Below are positions 36,649-48,600 of a stretch of DNA of 56,455 nucleotides, piece after piece. The notes below the pieces were generated by a model. It saw only the letters and a list, made by a program, of their open reading frames with translations, made no database searches and had not been told where the DNA came from. Source of the DNA: a virus (Duplodnaviria > Caudoviricetes). How positions within the stretch are numbered: the stretch's first letter is position 1; the number at the start of each line of letters is the position of its first letter. The position numbers and the translations under genes are program-made. Location: IMG/VR virus record IMGVR_UViG_3300030117_005233, positions 1-56,455 of that record; one strand, 5' to 3'.

Positions 36649-39600
36649 TTATAATACTGGTGAGAAGTTATGTAAATTTATTGATGTTATCGTTTTTGCT
36701 TGTTGGTATGTATCTGTGGCTGTAGTATTATAACTTATTCTACCAAAAGTAGGAGAGTTAGTCCATAGGTGTGGAGACTGGCCAATTGGGGTCATTCCGT
36801 ATGAACCGGGAAAACGACTTTTTGTTTCATTTAATGGCCATGGGCTATCACTTATTAGATTTTTAATTAGTGCCATGTCTCTACGTAGTTCATTTATTGC
36901 CATTGTTGCTCCACCATTATCATAATGTTTAGCTTGGAAATTTGCAAAAATTAGATAACTATCACCAATAGGCTCTGTGTTAATAGAACCATTTATTTTT
37001 CTTCTTGCCCTCCAATAAGGGTCACCACCAATTCGTTCATACAATTCTTCGTAATCATAATAGTCAGAACTATATCCAGATGGATCCTCCCTGACTTCTT
37101 CTAAAGTTGGATAATTATTTGCAGCTACATTCATTTCAACGGTATATGCCGGCGAATTTTGTTTATGCAGTACATATTCATCTCCATTAGCATCTACTTT
37201 TAATATATTCCAATATGCGTTTCTAGTGTATCTGTCTATTCTATCCTCAAGCGTAAGGCCAGTTCCCGCGTAAGGTGAACTGGTTATATCAGGATCAATT
37301 AATAATTCTAATTTATATTTTTCGCCGAATTCATCCATAGGAGTTTCAAATAAAGTTCCGTTAATGCGATCATATTTAGAGTTAATGCCAGTACGACTTT
37401 TAATACCATCAACATCATCACCCGATTCAGCCGCAGAAGGTTCATCTATGTTAACATATGCTCTAAGCTCTCTTCCTATACCTTGCGCTACGGTATTAAA
37501 TACCGGTTTATTATATTGCACTAATTCTATTTCATTAGTTACTATTCCGAGTTCACTAATTCTTTCTATTTGATATGCAACTTGATATGGCACAATTCTT
37601 GAAGGAGTATTGTCTACCGTAATATCAAATACTGTATTTGCTGTAGGTGGAAGAGGCCAACCATATCCTTTATAATCTTTAATTAATTCTTTACCGCTAT
37701 ATCTTTTTAAATTAAAACCTGCATAATATGTAGGTGAATCTTCAGAATCATACTCAGTTTTTAATTCAGTTCCGCTTTGATCAGACCATTTAGCAGTAAG
37801 TATTGTTGCATTTGGAGAATCAGCCGTGTATAAAGCAGGCGCATCAGGAATACCAGTTACTTGAGTGGTATAATTAACTCCATAAAAAGTAGGTATATAA
37901 TATGGCGGAGCTTCCATTTGTTGATCTGTATGATCGAATATTGCTTCAGCTCGTCTTCTTGCTTGCGACCAGCTTGTGTCCCATAATTCAGAAAAGATCG
38001 GCGCTTTTTCTATTGTGCCAACTTGTGGAGCTATTTTATTAGAAGTTAACCAGCTTGTTGTAAGTGTGGCAGCAACTATATCACGATCAGGGTTTTCATA
38101 ACCCTGAAAGAAGCGATAGTTTTCTTGGTTATAATCTGAAAAATTCTGCTGATCAAATAACAGTCCTGAAGAGGACTTTACATAAGTTTCTACAGGCCAA
38201 CTACCTAATGGATCTTCTTCATCGATAATATAATCTACTTCCCAATTTGCAACATCACTAGGCATACCGGTTTGAGTGTAAACAGTATCGCCGCTAACAG
38301 GTTTTAATTTCTCTTGGCCTGTAAAATAATCAAGATAACCAAATTCGCTGACTTTAATTTTACTAAATACAATAGAATAGTTTCTAAATCTAGACTGAAA
38401 TAGGAATGTATTGACTCCCTGTGATCGTGCCAGAGTCGGCGCGACATGATCTACAGGCCTAGTATCATAAAATAAATTTCTCATGACAAAAGCAATAGAC
38501 GGGACTGTATTTTCTAGTACAACAACACTGTCTTCATTCCTGTAATTGGCTCTAGCTTCGAAAGCTATATCTGACGCGTGCTCTTCAGGATGATAGTAAT
38601 CTCCACTTGTATAAAAATATCCTGTTTTCTTTAGTACTGAACGTGAAAATCCATCATCAAATAGCTTAGGATAGCCATCACTACCTAAAGACGTGTAAGC
38701 TAAAGATGTGCTAAAGTACATAACAGGTCTAAAATTATAAGGGAACGAAGACCAATTTACAGGTATCCAATGATGATGTTTAAATCTTTTATCTACAGTT
38801 CCATAATGTAAATTTGTACATCTATCATTTGAACCATTTCCATCATGCGCTTTAATATATTCATCTCTTGCTTCAATACTGTTCATAAGAATATCATTTG
38901 GAAACTCTTCGAATATTTGTTTTTCCTCTGGTGGATTATATTGACTACTAGTGGGTGCACTATAATAATAGCCTGTTCTGAAACTAGTAAATCCATCCTC
39001 TTCTTCCTCAGGATGTTTTGTTCTCATTGCAACTTTTGATTTATTCCCTGCGCCTCTTGCATCAACTAGCATCCATGTAGTATTAAGTCTAGGATCTGTA
39101 AATCCGGTTGTTGTCATCCTTATAGATTTAGGATCTATCATTGAATCTATTTCATCTCTTCTATATTTTTCATCGACGTATATTTGAAATATTTTATTTC
39201 CTTGTTTATATAATTCAGTTCCGTTATGGGTATTATTATAACTATAACTGCCGTTCCAAGTTCCGCCATCACTGATTGCATATTGAAAATTATCTTTTTT
39301 TATTTCAAAATCAGCGTGAACTGCGTTTTGTATTATTAACTTGCCTCCGGCATCTCCACTTTTAGAAATTTTAAAGTGATTATCTTGGCTATAAAATACA
39401 GGTGAGTTAACACCATAAAAAAGTGGATTACTTTGAAGTGGATTAGGATATGGTCCCCATTGATAGAAAGTAGAATTATTTAAATTCCATGCTTCTATAG
39501 GTGAATTACTATTGATAAATCCTTCAGCTGCTATAGTTATAATCTCAGGACTTTGTCGATTTATAATATCCGTATCTGCAATAACAACTTGGAATGTTGT

Positions 39601-42600
39601 ATTACCTGGATCAAGGCTTGGATCTTGTGTTGCTCTTATTGCAGGATGTTCATTTTTGTGATGAGCTGGGGAATCTACTCTGTCATGAGTATCATTATAT
39701 AACGATAAAACATCTGTAGATCTAAATCCTGGCGCAGCATTACTGATAAATTCTGTTATTTGTTCTACTGTGTCAAACTGTCTATATTTGTAGTGGATAT
39801 CAGGAAAAGACCTAACAGTATATTCACCACTTAAACTAACAATAGGCAACCCTACTGTATAATCGTTATTTGCATATAATATAACATTTTCATTATAGCT
39901 ATGTTCACTTGGATCTCGTAGACCCGTACCGCCGGTAGGATCAGACACTGGAACAACTCCAATTGCTGTTCTAGTAACTCCTGGTGAAGAATGAGTATCA
40001 TTCCAAAAAAGATTATTATTAAATACTGTATATGCATCTGATGGACTAAGATTTTCTATATATCTAGGACTATCTGGTATTTCAAAAGTTCCATCATTTA
40101 TAAGCTGAAAATCAATCTCATTACACTCAAATCCTTGACTACTATCTAAACTAAATGTAAATATCTCATTACCTTCAACTATATTATTATCTTTATTTAC
40201 TCTAAATTCAAAAGAATCAGATCCAGCCCCTGGACTTCCATCTATTTTAAAACTGCCTTGAAGACGTCTAGGTGTCTTTTGAATTAGATCATTTTGTAAA
40301 ATAATACCAGGATTAGGACAATTTGCTCCTGTAGTATTAACAAAAGAAGCGTTTGAAAAATCTAATGCCGGTGAATTTTTGTTATAATAGAAAAATGGAG
40401 AATCTACCGGAGTATTATTTCCTGTACTAGTAATGTTTTCTTCTTCAAAATCACTTTGATTAAATAATTCCAATGTACCATTAGTCCAATTGTCATTAGG
40501 ATTTTCATCTACATGATATAAATCCATGAAATCAGGAAAGAATCCAACCACATTACCATCTTTTTCCATTGTACCATTATCTAATGTTAAACCAAGTTCT
40601 TGTCCTTCTTCTGGGATAAAAAATCCTGTAGGTGGAGTTAGTCTATCCCATGTAGTAGGATCTTGAAAAGATGGAGGAAGTGTAACTACTGCTTTAGGGT
40701 CGTATGTATACCACCCTGGCAACATGTGAAATACAGAAAAGTTTCTTTGATAACTTGGATTAAACGAGCGATTACCAAATCCTCTAGGATCTATATTATA
40801 ATTTTCAAATAAAGTAGTTCTAGCGTGTACTTCTTCATTAAATACTTCACTTAGTTCTTCAAATGGCATAATATAACCAAATTGTGTTCCGTATCTTTGC
40901 TCTGTTCTTGGCCAGGATTTATATCTTTCTTTCCCTTCATCATCGGTTTGTGCATTTGGTAAAAACGATCCATAGATTTCGTGAAGACTATCGGTTTCGT
41001 TACTTGTTGAATGATTAGGTCCTAATACTTCTCCACCAAAATACGCGAATCGGCCGACTGCAATTGCAACGTCTAAAGTTTCTACTTGTGGTATTACCTC
41101 ACTATATTCATATAAGTACATTCCAATATGAGGATATATGTCATGTCTACCTGGTGCGAATCTCTCTTCTTGAACATAAAAATATTCTTCTCCTAAACGT
41201 GGAATTTTTTTTATAATATTACCTGCGGTATCTTCCATTTGTACACCGTATGTAGTTGCTATGTCACTTTCTAGAGGGACTTCTAACTCAATATAATTTT
41301 GTCCGTTTGCATCTATAGCAATATCTAATACTGTATAAATGTTTGTAAACTGATCAAGCTGCATAAACTCCCACGTTTTTACGGTTTTTCTTGGTTCAAC
41401 ATCCGAAGGAACCCACCAATTTCTTCCTCCTCCACCACCAGTTCCTACGGCCAATGGAGTAGGCCGATAAGGATCTCCTTTCCTAAATACAGGCCCCTTA
41501 TATAAAGCGGTTAAATTTGCTGTTGGCGTTAATCTTTCATCAGCTAAGTTTGGTTCGTTAAATCCTCCTTGAGATGTAGTTCTAACAAACCATTTATATC
41601 TAAAGTCTTTTCTTGGAACTATGGAACCTTCCCTAAGCTGAAACCCGCGGCCTGCAAGGTAGTCAGCCGTTGCTCTATCATATTTGGCATTGTTTGGAAA
41701 GTATTCTCTAACATCAATGTCTAGTTTAGTATCACCTGCCTTGTAATAAAATTTAACTTGACTTCCAACTTTTAAATTTTTAATATTATCAGGAATTTCT
41801 CCTAATTCTCCAAAATGCAATCTAGCTCTTCTTTTACCTCTTAACCCTGCAGATGTTGCCATTCCTGATGTTGCAGTTCCTTCTCTATAATCAAGTTGTT
41901 TCTCGCTTGCTTGTTTGTGTGTCTCTGTTATAGGTAAATTTTCCCACCTAGAAATTTGACGGCCACTATATGGGTTTGATGTTTTTCTAGTATCACTCGG
42001 ACTATTAAATCCTCCGATTCTAATAACATTTTTCCTTGGTCTTGCAATAATTTTATAAGAAGAAGTAGCAAAAGGTGCTAATGTGCCGGTTGGTGCACTT
42101 CCATCTTTATTTAAAAATTTAACGTATTGGCCAACTGAAAGTTTATCTAGTAAACTTGGGCTTTGCGTATTATAATATTGATAATAATTTTGGCTAGATT
42201 CGGACAAGAATGAACCAGTTGTTTCTCCTAACGATATATCAATATAAGGAGGTACAGATCTAAATGCATCTCCTTGAAATGCAACAGCCCCTGATACATT
42301 CCTTCCTGGATCCTCTTTTAATTTTTTAAGTGTTAAACCACTATATCCATATGTGTTTCTATATATTGTAAATTTATTTGGGCTTGAACCTCTATCAAAA
42401 GAAGCATTATTTGGAGATGCAAATGGACCGCCAAAACTAGGATGGCCTTCTCTAGGTGAATTTTGTCTTAGTAACCATTTAGCAAAGTTTATAGTTCCGT
42501 TACTACCATCTTCAGTTACTGTTGTATTAAAGTCTAATTTAGCATACTTAATTGGAGAATCAGAAACTAAAATATATTCACCATTAGCATTTCTAATAGT

Positions 42601-45600
42601 ATTTTCTGGAGAAGTATTAACACCAAAACCTCTAAGTGTTATTGACGATAAACCGACTCGTGGTGAATAATTTAATCCATAAATATCTTCATTTGTGGCC
42701 GAAACAGTTGCAAATCTAGGAGGATCCTCTGCACTTCTTGCATCAATATTAAATACAACGTTTGTCCCGGCCTGAACACCTGTGGTATTTAAATTAACTT
42801 TAAATGTATTTACACCATCACTAGGATTTTCATAAACCTTAACAACATTTATTGGCTTTTTTTGTTCATATACTTTAATACCATCTTCAGGAACACCTGG
42901 ACCATCACATATATTTCTAAACCTAGTTATTCGATCTACTGCGGCTACTACATATTTAGGATCATCGTAAATAGTTTGCTCACCAGTTTCGCCTATAATA
43001 GTTGGAAGTATTTGGAAAGATTCTTGAGGAGCTTCTTTTACATATCTTTCCATTAATTCTATAACTTGTAAAGAAGGTGTCGCAACAGTAAATACTCTAG
43101 TATCATCAGCCTGCGGAAATCCTTCAAAGCCTCTATAATAATCTCCATTTAATGTTTGTAAACCAACTGAGTATATTTCTTGATTATTTTTTAAAGAAAC
43201 TTGTAGAGCATAATCTCTTTCAAAACCATAATGTGTTGTTTGGGTTCTATTTCCTAATTGTAAAGTGCCTCCAAAACGCGGTGTATAAAATGTATTAAAT
43301 GTTCTATAGTTATATGTAGGTTCAAAAGTTGAATTTCTAATATCAACATCTGAGTTATATCCTTTTATTTCGTCTTGATAGTATTCATTATATGGCCATT
43401 CATTATCTCTAATAGTCCATCTACCAACATCATGAATAATATAACTGTATATTAAATCAACATCGCCGACATATCCTAAGTTATTTAGTTTAATAACATC
43501 TTCTTGGTTAAGATTATATTTTAATCCCTCTTCTTCAAGAACAGCTATGCCGTCTTTTGACATTTCCCATACTACTCTATCAGGTGATACAAATTGACTA
43601 GTTATAGTATTATTACTATCTTGATAAATTCTAACTTTAGATCTAAACATTAAAGGATCGTGATAGTTACATAATGTATTTCGATAGTTATTAAAAGATC
43701 TATAGATACTTTCTGATCTATTTAAATTTGTATTTCTTACGTTCTGTTTTGTAATAAGATCTTCTCTGCCGGAAACGCCCTTAATTTTATATTCTTGAGG
43801 TTCAAGATTTTTTGTGTATACATTAATTACCCATCTAGGATAACGATCTTCTTGAAGAGATTCACTTTCTAACTCAATTTGCCATATTTCGGACATCGCG
43901 GTCTGATATAAATCTGTTTCACTAATATATTGTAAATATTCTGCATCTGTGGCTGATGGTCCTATAAATGACACTAGCTCGTCTTTAGTAGGTATCCCCC
44001 TGAATACAGTTTCGCTTATACGTTGATAAACTCTAGATCCAGATTGAAATTGAACCCCTTTATAATTTATTGATAATAGCGGAAGTTGAAGATTTTCTGG
44101 ATCTCCATCCTCTGAGTATAAACTTCTAATATCATTAGGGGCTCCAGCAGTTGCCTGTATAGGTAAAACTATTTTTCCCTCATATTTTTTAAGATGTAAA
44201 CCTGAAGGAGGAAGTTTATTTCCACAAATTAAATTTAATATATTTTGTGCGTGAGACTGATTATGTCCATGTCCACTAACTGTTCCGTCTGCAAGATTAC
44301 GAAATTGTAAATCTGGATGTACTACAAAACCACCATTATAATAACTAGGAACTCCTTTTGGAACATTTAATAAACCCCAAATAAAATAATCTTTACCGCC
44401 CGCGGGCGCAAAAGCTGAGTCAGATTCCGGGCCCGAATATGATGATATAAAATTATCATAATCATTAGCTATATCTATTATTAACTCAGGATACCATTGA
44501 TTTCTAGATAAATTTTCTATTGGTCCTATATCAACTTTAAAAGGAAAATCTTCAGTATTACCTTCGGCTTTTACAGGATATTTTAAATGCCAGAGTGGAT
44601 CTCTGTATCCATTTTCAACAAAGTCTAATAACCAATTCCAAAATAATCCATCTTGCTGGAATTTATTATTGAAAATTGAACCACTAACTCTTGGCATTAA
44701 ATCTTTATGGACATTATCTGCTAATGCAAAAGTTCCAAAGTTAGATAATTTTATTTGACTAAGTACTTCTTCTTGTGCAATGAGTGGTTTTACTATTTCA
44801 GTATTATTAGTTGTATTAATATATCTATTATTATTTGATTTAATATACCTTCCATTTACGTTTTTAGTAAGTTGATTACTACCTACAGACAATCTACCAG
44901 AAGATAACGTATGATAATTTACGTTTATTTCTTGTGGTGGTGTTGATTCTATTAATCTAGGAAAATGGTTAATCGTGGTTGACTTACCAATTTGTTCAAA
45001 TCCACTCAGATATAGCTGACGTATATCTGTCTCACTTTGGTGATCTCTAATTATAGTATTATCAAATCCTGCGTTACTAGGTAAACCAGCAGATTTACTT
45101 TGCCAATTGATAAGTGCAGGATTTTGTAGATACGCGGATGTATAAGCATCCCCTCTACCATATAAACCTGGAGAACCTTGGCGGCCATTTTGACCGTATG
45201 GTAAATGTGCTCCACCAAATATAGTACTACCTGAAGCTCCTCTGTTATCTCTCCATAACCATTCCCATTCTTGTAATCCCCCGCCTTGAGTATCCTTAGC
45301 AAGTACAACTTGATAACCACTATTAGGACTATTATTATATGCATTTGGACTACTATTATCTTTATTATCGTATCTGTAATAAGTTCCATTTCTTTTTGGA
45401 GATGAATGTCCTGTTACAGTAAATGCTGCTATGTCTTGACCTGGCGATGAACTAAGTACAAATGTTTCAGGCTGGCTATCATCTTTAATAGTAAAAATAG
45501 TAAATGCTTTTTGATCTCCTGTAATTTGTACGCGTACTTGTTCATTTCCTTCACGTTTTTTATCGGGATTTATAGTTAAAACAATACTATCTTGTAATCT

Positions 45601-48600
45601 TCCATCCATTACAAATTTTCCCTTTAAGGAACTTAATCCAATAAAATCATCTATGTCTATATTATCTGTTAATCTATCACCTACTATTTCGTATTCAAAT
45701 TCTTGTCCGCGCTCTACTGCATAAGTTGTACAAGTTATAGTAATAGTATTATCTGGTGGGGTTTCACTTACAAAAGCTCTATCTTTACTTAATGCTAATC
45801 TAAAAGTAGATTCTCTAAGTATACCTCTCCAATCACCTACTGTTTTTCCATCTTGAATTAATTTAAATTCTTTTACAGTAGCTGGTATAGAACCACCTAA
45901 ATGGTTTCCAGGTGCTGGATTTAATCCTCCACCTAATAAAATGCGATTTCTAGGTATGACTAAACTTTTATGATCAAATTTTACTATTGCATTATCATTT
46001 CTTTTATAGTTATATTGTTTTACATGATTTTCATTATTAATTAAAGTTTCTCTTCTAGCTCTATAACTATCTAAATCACCAGATGTACCTAGATAAAAAT
46101 AACCTGACATAGAATCAACAACTGCTTTTGTAGTTTTATCTCGTGCTTCTACAATTGAATAAAAGTAATATTCATTAAATGCTTGGTGTTGGGCGATATT
46201 AGAAAAAGTATCCAGACTAAATTGATGTCCTATTGGTATAATACCTGTTTTTATATTTAAATCATACTTATATGCAACATCAACATTTCCATATTCATCT
46301 TCAGTAAAGATATGAGTACCATTATTCCAATCATTAACTAAGTTAAGTGTAATTGATGCTGTTTTTCCTACATCGCCTGTTGTTTGATAATTATAACTAC
46401 TTTCGACAAATGGAAATCCCATACCATCTGTTTTATAATTATTTTTTCCACCACCAGGAGAACCGTTCATTATAGGAGAGTTACCACCATGCGCACGACC
46501 TAAAAAGTCTTTTCCTGCGGCTGTTCTTCGTGTACCAATATTATACATTCCATTTTTAATATTTACTTGGAATGTTCCGTGACTCTCAAAGTCAAATTTA
46601 CCAGTACTAAAATTCCAAGTAGATTCTCGGTGCATAATGTTATTTCTTACTTTACCAAAATGCATATTAAAGTGTGGAGGATTACCAAATGGATACACAT
46701 TAACCGGTGCTCTATTTTCCCTGTCAGGCGCTGCACTTGCATCTAAGTCAGCTGTTATATCTCCTGCTTCTAAACAACCCATCCATCCTTCTTGGTGTCT
46801 ATTACCGATATTTCGATCTATAGTATTTCTTACTTCAGCAATATAAAACTTAAATCCATTCATTGTTCCGCCGGTAATTCTTACTTGCTGCCCGACCCAA
46901 AATGCACAGTTGTTTCCATTTGCAGCTGTCGGAGTAAATGAAATAGCTGTTACTTTTTTACTAGATGAGTCAACAGTAATACTAAATGTTCCTGCATACA
47001 TATTATTAGTTTCGTCCGATGCGCTGCTACTATACCATGAATGACCTTGTACTCCGGTTGATGTTGGTAAAGTATCTACATCAAACGTAGATATATTATT
47101 TGTAGTAGAGTGACTAGCATTTAATTCTCCTATTGCATCCCATGAAAATGTTTTTGGAACACCTAATTCTATAGTTGCAGGAGGTGCTCCATATACTGGT
47201 CTTGGGAAGTTGTTAGGTAAAGTACCTGGTGAGTTTGCTGCTCCTAATGGACTATTAGATGGAAAACTTCTATATCCTCTACATTTATAAACATTTGTAT
47301 AGTTTGCATTATGACGACTATCATTATTATGATATGGATTATGTTCTGCATTTTTAGGTGATTGTGTAGAAGTACCCTTTAAACTATAATCTCGCATATA
47401 GAAAAATGGAGAATCGTATACGATACGAATATCTTCTGTTGCAGTTGCAGGATACGAACCGTATGGAGATTGTGTGTTACTACTTGCACCTCCAGATTTT
47501 GGTTGTTGTATTTGTTTTAATGTTCTATCATGTTGTGCTCCTGATTTATCAGTCGTTAAGTCATATTTTTTATACCAGGCTGGAGCGATTGTTCCATCTG
47601 TTCCTGCACGTGTTTCTTCATTTTTATATCTAAAATAGTATCCGTTATATCTTGAAGAAAACGGTAAACATTTTGTTGGATCATTACGATGACCTCTATC
47701 AAAGTTTCTAAATGGACTATCAAATGCCGCTCCAACGTCTGAAGGAGATCCGTTTACTAAATTTTGTTTTCTATCACCAGCACCTTTAACTTCTATAACA
47801 GAAGGAACAAGATGTGTAACAACAGTATCTAAATTAGGTGAGTTAAGTGGTACTCCGTTCGGGCAATTGTGCCTTTTATTATACTGATTAAAATTACCAA
47901 AGTATGGAGAACCAAATTTAGGATCATCAGGATTGTTATTTCCCCATTCACGAGTTGGATTTCTTCTACTTACAAATTGTGCACCACCACTTTTTTGTGT
48001 ACTTCCAGGATCTAATGTAAACTCAAATTCTGTTGCTGTAAATGTGTCACCAGCATTTGGATTATTTACAATTAGTTCACCACTAAATCGTGGATTGGTA
48101 TCTTTTTTAAATGGATTTGTAGATAAAAAAGTAGATGCAGAAGTTATATCGACAGGTGCGTATCCATATTTAAAGGCAGGTGCACCATCAGCATAACTTT
48201 GTAAAAGGGATTGTATAAAATCCCCGCCATATGAACTAGCATAATGACTAGTACCGACTAACGGATGTGTAGAATAATCATAAGTTGCAATGTTTCCTGT
48301 GCCCCCGGTATTTACAAATTCGTCACTAAGACCTAAATTTTCATAACGATCATATTGTTCGAGACCTTCCGGGCCGTTAGTACCTATTATGAAAAGTTCT
48401 TTTGGGTATCTGCAATACATATTTTGTGTAAATAATGCAGTTCTAGGAGAATCAGCTACTGGAAAATAAGTTTCGGCAATATCTGATAGCGGAGTAGAAT
48501 CAAATGGTGAGTCAAATAAATCTGGACTATTTGAAATAGCAGTAAATACAGTATTATCTGTAAATCCGCTAAAAGGAACTGGCACATCAATATAATCATA

